Assembly (NCBI GenBank): GCA_001938485.1
Contig: MQRK01230469.1
Span: forward strand, 1-64,000
DNA length: 64,000 bases
Origin: Girardia tigrina
Lineage: Eukaryota
Direction: 5' to 3'
The translations under genes and the position numbers were made by a program. Positions 53,401-64,000 of the stretch are shown in pieces (positions within the stretch are counted from its first letter, which is position 1; the number at the start of each line of letters is the position of its first letter). The notes under the pieces are model-generated. The model ran no database searches. It was not told the DNA's origin and saw nothing but the letters and a program-made list of their open reading frames with translations.

Positions 53401-56400
53401 TATCTATTTTTGTGTAGATGGACATTTGCGTCACGAGACCGAATACAGAAAATACGTGTCATAAAACCTGTGAAAAATTATTTTTTGTTTAATGTATAAT
53501 TTCGATAGATTTTTATTGATTGAATTTCGTTAAACTGCTTTCCAGAGGTAAACTGAAAGATTTATATAAAACTAATATGTCATCCGTCAATCTCTGATTT
53601 TGGATATGAATTCTGAATCAACAAGTGTGTGGGAATGTATATCATGAAAATAAGTTTCGTAGCAATAAAAACAGTGGCACATAACGGGCTTGGATGAATA
53701 TATCATTTGTACTCTTATTCAACAAGTTCCAATAAAGTAAAAATTAAAATGAAAGACATTTGATCATCAAAATCAGTTAATTTTCAGTGGGAAATGGATC
53801 AAAACCCACTGCAACTTACCATGTGCACAATGAATGAAGCAATTACCGTTACATTCATTATTAAAACAGTTATTATCAACAAAGCTTACTTCGTTGACAT
53901 CGTGAAAATAGTCACTTATAGATCCATATTTTTTCCATGCTTATTGTCACATTAATAAATTGGTTGTTGAAATATATTAAAAAAGTGATACATCATTCTC
54001 AGACTTTTCATAATCTGAATACATGCCTCAAATTCGAAAAGCAACATTTAAAAACTGTTTACAGGTTAATTATGCTACAAAATTTAAAATCTCGAACTTT
54101 GGAGGTTGTAAAGAGAGAACAGTTAAACTGATAAGCTCGCCGAAATCTATGAAGTGTATATATTTTCATTAAAATCCCTCATGAAATATGTTCGTCGTGA
54201 GAGATTTTACTATACCAACTGTAAAAATTAATGTTTCGAATTGTTAGTATTGTGATCTTCCATAGTAACACCTTCAATTATGAAGTATTTGATGATTCTG
54301 TATGAACTGTACATCACACCCTGATGTGAACTGAATTACTTAATCGTAAAAAGCCGTTCAATTTTTTTGCCGAGAGGATTTATATAAAATAATATTTATT
54401 TTTATGATTTTGCAGTTAAAATTTTACGAAGATGTTTCATTCCCTTCACAACACTTTTTCATCGAAAAACATTAAAAAAAGTATTTTATTACAAAAAAGG
54501 AAAAATTTTCCATTCTTTTTACTAAATATGCTCTCTCTCTTTTTCAAAGGAAATGACTAAATGTCTGGGGGATCATAAAATCTCCATCAACATCACATGA
54601 AAACCACAAATATATGTGACGTCATCAAATATTCGTCTATTATCTAATTACATTTATTATCAAACCAAAGATAATAATTAATTTTGGTAACTGTCAAGAC
54701 AAAAATTTCATTATCGGTATATAATATGTTGATTAAACACAGTTCGTTATCTAAATAAAAAGATTAAACTAAAAATGCAAACAGTAATATGCTGCTTATT
54801 TATATATTGATAAAAATTTTCTATTTGTAAGTTAATGTAAGACATTGATGATAATGGTTTGATGCATTCGACCTGCATCTATCTGTATCGTACGACCAAG
54901 GATGATCTGATATTATGGTCAGATTGATACTATCTGTCTTTGCTCTGTTATGGAGTCGATGTACTTTGAACTGTTATTTTCTTTAATGTAAATAGATATA
55001 AATGTTTAGAAATGAAAATTATGTTTTGAAAATTTCAATATTTAAAATAAATGTATCTCACAAGCATCATATTCCTCTGATTCTTCAACACCAAAATACC
55101 ACATTAGGGGTATAATTCTCAAGACAATGTAGCGCTGTATTTTTTCGCTAAGGGGTTTTTGACTTTATTTTTTTGTTATTTTGTTTTCTCTTCACAAGAA
55201 ATTTAAGAAAATTTTTCACAACAATTTTAGATGGATAATTTGACTTAGTATTTATCGTCTTCTGTTTTTAAATCATTGGTATTATCAATTATTTATACCA
55301 TATATTTTTTTATCTTTATGTACCTCATAGATTTTTAATGATGAATTAGACGTTTTAAAGTTTCCACTTTTTTCGCTAATGACTTTCGATGCCTATAAAA
55401 TTATTTGATTGTTATATATTAAATGGCATGATATATAAACTGGACAATTGATGAACATATTAACACCAAATGGTCAGTAAAATGCACATTTTCGTTTATT
55501 TGGATCTATGAATATGTCTCTTCATATCAATAATATTTATCAACAGAATCTCGATGGAGTCACATAGAAAAGAGTAGAAAATTTTAATTATATTTAATAT
55601 ATATATATATATNNNNNNNNNNNNNNNNNNNNNNNNNNNNNNNNNNNNNNNNNNNNNNNNNNNNNNNNNNNNNNNNNNNNNNNNNNNNNNNNNNNNNNNN
55701 NNNNNNNNNNNNNNNNNNNNNNNNNNNNNNNNNNNNNNNNNNNNNNNNNNNNNNNNNNNNNNNNATATATATATATATATATAAACCCTAAAAAATGCTT
55801 ATGACGTCTGAATTTTTCTTACAAAATAAAAAAAGTACATATAATATATAATACTTTACCTATAATTATTATAATATTTCACAACAAAAGTACAAGTTAA
55901 ACATGTTAATTACCAGACATTCCTGGAGCCATTCTGTCATTGCTCAAAAACAAAGTCTATATCGTTGTCAGTTTGGCAATTTGTTGTGAAATGTTTCTTG
56001 TCAATGGATTCGCAGCATTTCTTCCGAAGTATATAGAGAATGAATATAAAGTCAGCAACATCACGTCGAGTTTAATAGCCGGTAATAACAAATAAGCAAT
56101 CAAACCTGATCAGATGACTTTTTTTCTTTCAGGGGGTTTAATTGTTCCATCGGGAGCTTTGGGAATAATTGTTGGTGGAATAATTATGCATCGGTTCCAA
56201 ATGTCTCGACGACGTAAGTCGTTATAATTGATTTCTTTGTCTATCTATTGTTGTTTCCAGGAGCCACTCTTTTTTCTATCGTCGCAGTATTAGCTGTACT
56301 CATTTGTTTAGTATTATTTTTTATTACCGGTTGTCAGAATCCCCCTTTTGCGGGAAAGAACACACCAAACTAGTGAGTTGATTATTTATTATTTATCTGA

Positions 56401-59400
56401 TTTTTTGCTCAAAAATCAACAATTAATTATAATTTATTGATGATTTATTTTAAAAAATATTTTATCATTATTTATTCCATATAATATATAGTCAATATTA
56501 AGAGAATTTACTTTAAAACACTCCTTATGTATAAATCTAATAATGATTCGTGAATGTAAACTTAGAATCAATGTATTTTCGCCAAATTTATTGAAAATAA
56601 ATGTACCAGTGAATTATTTCAGTCGAATTTGACTCAGATTTACCGTTTCTATAGCATAGTTGATCGTTATATCATCTATAACATTAAAGTTTTATAGTGT
56701 TGATTCGAGAGATCACATGAAGAGTTAACAGACCAGATATTCGAGCAATTTTCTTGTACGAATTTAAACTGGGTCGTAAAGCAGCAGAAACGACTCGCAA
56801 TATCAATAAAGCGTTTGGCAAGGGAACAGCTTCTGAGCGCACAGTGCAACGAGGGTTCCGAAAATTTTCTGATGGAGATGAAAACCTTGAAGATGAAGAA
56901 GGTCGTGGTCGTNNNNNNNNNNNNNNNNNNNNNNNNNNNNNNNNNNNNNNNNNNNNNNNNNNNNNNNNNNNNNNNNNNNNNNNNNNNNNNNNNNNNAGTC
57001 CTGGATCATTTAAAACAACTTGGAAAAATCAAGAAACTTGATAAATGGGTTCCACATGATTTGAATGAAAATCAAAAGAACCGACGCTATGAAATTTGTT
57101 CTGCCAATCACCTTCACAATAAAAACGATCCATTTCTTGATCTTATTATTACCTGTGATGAGAAATAGATCCTGTATGATAACAGACGTCAATCTGCACA
57201 GTGGTTGGACAAAGATTAAAAAAAACTTTCCAAAACCGAAATTAACACCCCGTAAGGTTATGGTGACAGTTTGGTGGTGTGATGCTGGAATCATCCACTA
57301 TAGTTTCTTGAATCTAGGTGAAACAATCACAGCGGAGAGATACTGTCATGAAATTGATAAAATGCATAAAAAATTGAAAACCCTTTGTCAAGGATTGGTC
57401 AATCGAAAAAGTCCCATCCTTCTTTATGATAACGCTAGACCTCATATTTCAAAGGTGACTCTTCAAAAACTTAATGAGTTGGGCTATGAAACCCTGCCTC
57501 ATCCACCATATTCACCAGACCTCTCGCCAACGGACTTCTACTTTTTCAGGCATTTGTACAACTTCCTACGTGAAAAAATTTTCAAAAACCAAAATGATAC
57601 TCAAAATGCCTTCCAAGAATTCGTCGCTTCGAGAACCGATGCATTTTATGGTGATGGAATAAAACAACTTGTTTCTTGTTGGCAAAAATGTATAAAAAAC
57701 GGTTCATACTTTGATTAATAAACTTTTGTTTCTGTGAATTTGCACGTCTTTGAAGTTTGTGTCCCCAAACCGCCATTATTTTTCGACCAACCTAATATTA
57801 AAATTTTATATTTTGAAATAGAAATATTGGTTTGAGGAATAAGTAAACGATGTTTTATTACATTAAACGATTCACTTTTTATTTAAATAATCAGTTATTT
57901 TCTACCATATTAGAGAGATCCTGACATTTTGCTTCGAAATTAAACATGACAATCAATGTCTTCAAACATCTAAATATTCTTTCTAGATTTTAACATCGAA
58001 AAAAACTTCTATTGGCTGGTTGACTTGACAAAAACCTACATTCACTGTTTCTGGTAAAGATTTTTATTACAACTCGATTATTTAACGCATCGCTGAATCT
58101 TTCAGTTCATCTTTTCCTTTCATCTTTTTCCTTTTATTTTTCCATTCATCTTTTTATTTTACTATGTATACGTATTGAACTAATTTCATTTCTTTTAAAA
58201 TTTGATTGTCATTTCAATACCTCTTAATAAAAATGTATAATTTGCTCGAATAACTGTAACTTTAATTATCATGTGTCTTTAGAGCCGTGTGTCATGCGGC
58301 TCCAAGTCCCTACTAAAACCGTCGTTTTCTCTACATACTTCTTCATACTTCTTATGTATATTCAAGTTTTAGTAGAACAATTAATACTAACAAAACGCCT
58401 CCAAGAAAATATATAGGTATTAATGATATTGTATTTATTGGCCGCTCGTATGATCTGGAAAATTCGATATTCGATACCTACATTGTTCTAACACTAGAGG
58501 CTGCTCGATCAATTTCAGCTTTGCAACCATACTTCCACCGGAACCCATAGACTTAGGTTTCCCGGTGACTTCTCGCAAGGAGATTTGAATTACCTTCGCG
58601 AACTGTCAGTTGGCTTCGTTCTTGATTAATGATAGCATTCTGCGCAAATGCGTTCGCAGTTGTTTGTCTGGTGATGATCTAAGAATTTCACCTCTAGCAC
58701 CACCATACATATGCCCCCGACAGTCTCTTAATCATTAATTCAGTTTCGAAAACCAACAAAATAAAACTGAAGTCCTATTTTATTATTCCATGCAACAATA
58801 TACAAGCATAAGCCTGCTTTAAGTACTCTAATTCAAAGTAAACTTGTCGGTCATCCTCAACACCCATTAAAGATCATCAAAGATATACACGACGTCGAAT
58901 GATAAGATAGCTATCGTATATTTTAAATAATCTTTTTCCTCAATTTCTTTTACTACGAGCTTTTAATACTAGAGCAATTAATACTACTGAAACGCCTCCA
59001 AGAAAATATATAGATATTGATTAGGTCTGAATCCCAGAAGTGGACAAATCATTCATTTTATCATTTGTGCGACTCAAAAACCTAATTTGCATATCATCTA
59101 TGACAATATCCATCATAAATTACTAGTATAAAAAAGTCCCGTTTGTTCATTAAGACTAATATTTAATAGAAGAAAAATTATGGATTATTCTTTTATTAAA
59201 ATCATAATGAAAAATTATGTGAAAAAAATATAATGAAACTGTTTAAATGCCATTGAACTTAATGTGATCATTATATCAGTGATGTTATAAGAAACGCTCA
59301 TTTGGCCTCATTTGATATGAACAACTGAACTGAGAGTGTCATCTTTTAAAAGTCGATAAAAAGGACAATAACAAATTAATAAAACTAACGAAGGTCTGGA

Positions 59401-59728
59401 GTACTAGAATACTTTTATTTATAGAAAAACCTAATAATTTTAGTACTCAATTAACATATTTAAATCCTTAAAACCTATATAATTTTCACTTAATTTGTTT
59501 GTAATGTTTTCTTATGAGTGACTGAAATCCACTAACAAAGTGATTTTCCCTAGTTTTGAATCAGAGAATTATACCTCAATCGATGGCAAGTGCAATTCTA
59601 AAAATTGTGCAAATAAGTGCAACTCCAATTTATTTCACCCAGTTTGCGACCTTAAGAGTGGAGTGACATATTTCTCAGCCTGTCATGCCGGTTGTCGAAA
59701 TTTCTCTCCTAGTAACACAAATCCAAAG
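41417..59728 (+). CDS. SLCO: Organic anion transporting polypeptide (SLCO/OATP, Oatp30B/SLCO3-5-like), 3' end outside window
   Basis: Exons 41417-41578, 45264-45563, 47806-48052, 51885-52040, 52094-52207, 52275-52490, 55917-56081, 56133-56213, 56261-56372, 59554-59728; all GT-AG with consistent phases. Motifs CGLFAWRPNCLQ, ITTLERRF, GPTYIDD, WIGAWWGG (OATP signature), FLPKYIE, Kazal-type PVCD...TYFSACHAGC. Confidence 0.95.
41740..42100. mobile_element. Mutator-like MITE with TTCGAA subterminal repeats (SLCO intron 1)
   Basis: TTCGAACGATAAATTCTTCGAATG is inverted at CATTCGAAGAATTTATCGTTCGAA. Confidence 0.6.
42536..44493. mobile_element. Long-TIR non-autonomous DNA element (Mutator-like) with an internal duplicated left end and nested Tigger
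   Basis: GGGTGTAGTTCCGT... / ...ACCGAACTACACCC; second left-end copy near 42992; flanking direct repeat TTATTTTATTTTC. Confidence 0.75.
43291..44205 (-). mobile_element. Tigger/pogo deletion derivative
   Basis: TA|CAGGCATACCT end; ORF 43564-43866 with ENDPNFERS...KQTSLPTFLKK. Confidence 0.75.
45847..46186. repeat. 21-bp tandem minisatellite (ATGAAAAAATATCGATTTAAT)n, spans gap
   Basis: Directly visible perfect repeats. Confidence 0.97.
46881..47592 (+). mobile_element. Helentron-associated (HINE/DINE-1-like) element plus an inverted second 3' end
   Basis: T-run then ACCACGTTTT subTIR, (TCTG)n microsatellite, subTIR repeated and inverted near 47300-47392. Confidence 0.55.
49299..50245 (-). 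mobile_element. Tigger/pogo deletion derivative (SLCO intron 3)
   Basis: TIR CACCAAGGCCCCGC / GCGGGGCTTTGGTG; LIVLDNAPSH and PPNTTAILQPMDHG DDE motifs; C-terminal DRNHERS. Confidence 0.88.
56739..57795 (+). mobile_element. 5'-truncated mariner, same family as 14737-15739 (SLCO intron 9)
   Basis: WVPHDL, TCDEK, DNARPH, PYSPDLSPTDFYFF; same 3' TIR followed by TA; stops and frameshift. Confidence 0.93.
58509..58966 (-). pseudogene. 18S rRNA: 18S rRNA gene fragment (V4-V5 region), decayed
   Basis: Reverse complements of conserved SSU tracts: TTTCAGCTTTGCAACCATACT, TTCGTTCTTGATTAATGA, AAGAATTTCACCTCTAGC, TTATTATTCCATGC, ACTACGAGCTTTTAA; internal deletions. Confidence 0.92.
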
Positions 59729-60086
59729 GTAATAATACTGATTATCTTCGTTAATTTACGATGTATATATAATTTATATAATGTACAATTTTTTTGTAAA
59801 ATATCACTCATTGTCGTACATCTTCAAAATATTCAAAATTTTGCAAAAAAAACCACCAAAAATAAAAAAAATAAATAAACGCAATTTATTGTTGACTTTA
59901 CATCTAAAATGAGAATTTAGAACATTAAATTTAATTAAACTGTCTGCTAATTAAATTGAGACATTTCCAAAATTGTCTATGGTTTTGATCTAAAATTTGC
60001 AAATGATTTGTAGCAGAGATGTTGGTACGTCATTGAATCAAGACATTGATTTCTACTATTGTTTAAGGCGATAATACCCTAGCACC

Positions 60087-60471
60087 GGGATCCGGTTAAA
60101 TGACCGTAATTATTACAAAATTATTTTCATTAATTAAAGAAGTTTTTTTATTTTATATGAAAAAAAGTCTCATTTTAAATTGAGATTTTTTTAAAATTAA
60201 TTTTTTTTTCATATAAAATTAAGAATATTTCATTTTCTTTGTTTTTAAAATTTTAAGGCATTGAAAATCTGAATTTTAATTGAAAAACTCATTTTAAAAT
60301 AAAAAAATCTCAATTTAAAATGAAAAATAACATAATACTACATACAGCGATGTACTAAACATTTAAAATATTCCTCATAATAACTTATTTTAAAGTTATT
60401 GTATTTTAGAATAATAAATTTTGTAATAAATAATTTTAGTCTTTTGGAATTCGGTCATTTGACACAAACCC
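60087..60471. mobile_element. Mutator-like MITE
   Basis: Imperfect TIR GGGATCCGGTTAAATGACCG / CGGTCATTTGACACAAACCC; degenerate 9-bp TSD CCTAGCACC / CTTAGAACC. Confidence 0.55.
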
Positions 60472-60589
60472 CTTAGAACCCAATTATATAAAATAATTAT
60501 TTAACATGTTTTTTGAGCCATCTAAAAAAATAATGTTGAATAAAAAAAATTATATAAATAAAAAAAAGTTTATACTTTAATTTTATACT

Positions 60590-61760
60590 TTATTTTTTAA
60601 TGTTTCTGTTGATAAAGAATTTTTAAAAGAATTTACAAGCTTCTTCAATTTGTGATTTGAAAACATGATTTTTAAAACTTCTTAATTTTTGAAAACAAGA
60701 ATCTGTCACATAGATTAAAATCTGGACTATATGGCGATTGATAATTTCTTTAAAAAAAGAGTTGTTTCTTTGAAAAGAATGAGGTCTTGCATTATCATGC
60801 CTCCACTTAAGTTCCTTTAGCTTGATACTGTTAGATCTAAGTTACCGCTATTTTTCACCGGTGTCATGAACAAAGTTCACATAGGCCTCAGAATCAATCT
60901 TGGTACCATATAGCAGTGCTTTTACATTAAAACGTTTGTTGCAGGTAAAGGTTACGAAAACAAGAGATTTTTTATCAGTCATTGGCGATGGCTTTATCAC
61001 TTTTGGTGGAACAGCATTAGAAGGAATCTTAACTTTGTGATCTTTCTTTCCTCTACCTTGGAAAAAGACCCATGTCTCATCCTCGATCGCTATGTTGGAA
61101 TATGCTTCATCACCCATCTGTGAAATTACATGGCGTGTATGCTTTGCAGTGTTAATGCGTTGTTGTTTATTAGCAGCAGAAAGTTCGTGAGGGACCCAAA
61201 CAGAGCAAACTTTTTTGTAATGAAGTTTCACGCAAAATTTTGTGGACTGTATTTTTGCCTAAAGAAAGTTCATTTTCAATATTACGCAAAGACGCATTTG
61301 GAACTTCATCAATCAATTCTTTGACTGCTTTAATCTTTTCATCGTCTATTAATGACGGCCTGCCACTTCTTGATGAATCGTCGCAGGACGTCCGCTTTTC
61401 TTTTTTAAAATCAGTCAACCATTGTTGAATAGTTTTCAGTGTTGAGTGATTTGCGTCTTCCCATGCCTGATGAAGTTGCTTAAGAATTTCTGAAGCAGAG
61501 AATCCTCTTTTACTTTGAGTTAGAACAAAAAAACGTTGGCAACATTTATTTGGTTCCATTTTTAAAATCCGCTCGATTTGAATTCACTGCACTTTTAAAA
61601 TTTCAATACTTTAATAAAACAAAATTTTACTTTTTTTTTAATTTTATGCTTTGAAATTTTAACACAGTATTTATGACAGTCTGAATAATATTCAGTCCAA
61701 ATTTGGTTAAATATTAGTGTGTTTTTAAAGGCCACCTGAGGACTTTTGGGACAGCCTAAG
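60590..61760 (-). mobile_element. Divergent mariner-like transposon, frameshifted
   Basis: ORFs 61170-61559 and 60848-61231 (RSGRP, WVPHEL, EDETWV); downstream HDNARPH and PYSPDFNLCD; terminus ...GGGACAGCCTAAG|TA. Confidence 0.85.
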
Positions 61761-64000
61761 TATTATGATAAAAATATTTTGGAATAACAAATATCAATGA
61801 TTTTATACGTAGACTTTGAAATGTGGTTAATAATATTCTTCTCAGCTAACCTAAAATTAAGTAGTCTAAGTGATTCAAACCAGGAGATCTCGGTGGTCAG
61901 ACATGTTCTAGATCACCTTGTCTTCTAACAATCTACCATAAGGAATATCATTGATTAGGATGGGATAGTGACGTGGAGCGTCCTCTTGTATAAAGATGGT
62001 TGATGAAAATTTACATTATTGAGAGAACTGTGGATGGGCTTGTGTTTGATCGATTTGATTGTTTTCTCGAAGAAAAATGTATGAACTTAAAATCTGCAGG
62101 AATTTATGATTAATATACTTTATTCAGTGAGACATTAAGACAGGTTTCCATTGGAATAATATATGACATTTGTGAGTTTTCAAAGTGCCGTAATAGGAAT
62201 TTTTTTTAAAATTTCTACTTATTCATAATGTTGTGTTTTTATGCCGAATCTGTATTATTAATTATTAATAATTTTGGCCATGCCATATTTACAACAGGGA
62301 CTTTGAAATTTCATTTTGTTATTTTCAGATTCGAGTTCGGCCTGTAAGTTATTTAGTTTTTTTTACTGAATTGCGTAGTGACAATGACTTTCTAACAAAA
62401 TAACTTTCATCATTAATCTAATTTCAATATTAAATATCTATTAAATTTCATAAAAACAATGTCACGAAGTGTTGGAATGGAATGAATGGAAAGAATGCTT
62501 TTATTGAAACACGAAGGAAAAGAGATTTGCATTCTTTAATATTAAAACATGAATTATAAAATAATGAAAGAAAATTAATTTGTTCCAAATATTCTGTCTA
62601 AGAAGATAAAATAGTAATTGCTAAATTAAAAAAGACAGAATATTTCTAACAATTTAATATTTTAGTGCAATTGAATTAGGAACAATTTTGTAATTTCCAT
62701 AGTTTCTTGTCGATAGATGCCCCAAGATTTTTTCAAATAACAACAATAAACAATTGTAAATATATTCCACATAATCCCCCTTGTATTAAGTTACTATATT
62801 CATTGACGTAACAGATTCGTCAGTTCCTAAATACACAACGAGATCGCGTCGCAGTAAAACCTCTTTTAATGACTTATTCAATATTTAAAAATTTATGAGC
62901 CTCGTCAACATTTCTCCTCGAGATCAGAATAAAACAATTATTTTTGCTCAGTTTTAGTTACCTCTTTTATTAAACATGATGAAGTGTAATTTAAGTCAGA
63001 TCACACGCGGATTTCCTTATTAGACATTTACCGTCGGTTTGTTTTACGATAGTTCTAAAATGCAGCAACAATATCCCCACAATGATTTATGTAAATGAAT
63101 TTGTAAGAGATTTGCGGTACAACAAAGCCTGTGATCTGACTAGATGCGATCCTCTGAGGCAATCCTCTGAATCAATTACTACCGGGTGATCTGCTAGATC
63201 CGTGACATCAAAATGTTATGATATAATTATACTCAGTAACATTACAAACAATTTTTCAACCAACCCAATCCTGTGCATTTGTTCTAATAATCGCAATAAA
63301 GTATTTAACAATTACTTCTCTATCATATTCGACAAAATAATGTTTTCAAAATCGACCTCCTGATTATATATATGAATATTAACATAAAATATAGAGAAAA
63401 AAACACAAAAATAGATCTTTAATCGCGTTATATTGTTGATGGTTTAATCTGTTGCGTTCTGTTTCAGTTTTGGTGTTGTACACTTTTCGTTTCAGTAATC
63501 AAATGGAAGTAATTTATTTGACAATGTTTTCTTCCTAATTCTATTGAGATTTTTTTTGGCAAGTAAAATATTTTTTTCTGTACCAAGAAAATTATAAGGA
63601 TTATTCAAATTAATTACCGTAAAGTCCGACCAATAAGACTCATGGTGTATAAGACAGCTATTAAATAAAAAAGTAAAAACTAGGATTTAACAATGAAAAG
63701 GGGTCTTTACGGACCGGACTTTACGGTATCTCAAATATTCATTAATTTTTTTTCAAAAGAGAATAATAAATATCTATCATTTATAAACAATGTTGACGCT
63801 TTTTTGCAACCTAATTTCTCATTTCCAGTAGAATTCATGACATTGAGTGTCTCGTTATGTTTCGCTTCCAAGAAGATTGTTTCCATCATCAATTTCGAAA
63901 TACCCATTTTTTCTAAATGTTATTCTTAGATAATTCTTGATCGAAATCTTGGCCGTTATAAAAAAAATTGGGATTCCTTTTCATATAGGTCTATACTTTT

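Overview
Eukaryotic, very AT-rich, repeat-dense genomic DNA. Tiny ~50-nt GT-AG introns and Hsmar1/cecropia-type mariners suggest an invertebrate, possibly a planarian flatworm (inference only). One host gene is clear: a + strand organic anion transporter (SLCO/OATP) with 10 coding exons from 41417 to 59728, continuing past the window. Most of the rest is transposon debris. This includes a full-length, decayed Ty3/gypsy element (1057-10686) holding a hAT element, which in turn holds a 2.45-kb solo LTR, all with intact TSDs. Also present are a second giant LTR (34859-37953), a second gypsy fragment, an RTE-like LINE, mariner and pogo remnants, many MITEs and an 18S rRNA fragment. Two observations stand out. 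(1) The two giant LTRs show no obvious similarity over most of their length by eye, yet share an architecture: a GC-rich ~220-nt structured module with covarying helices at one end, a conserved minus-strand TATA/initiator, and an opposite-strand spliced transcript unit with no clear ORF. (2) A 1.24-kb TG...CA insert with a 5-bp TSD carries an intronless UBE2G2 fragment, cut just before the catalytic Cys and fused to other coding-like DNA.
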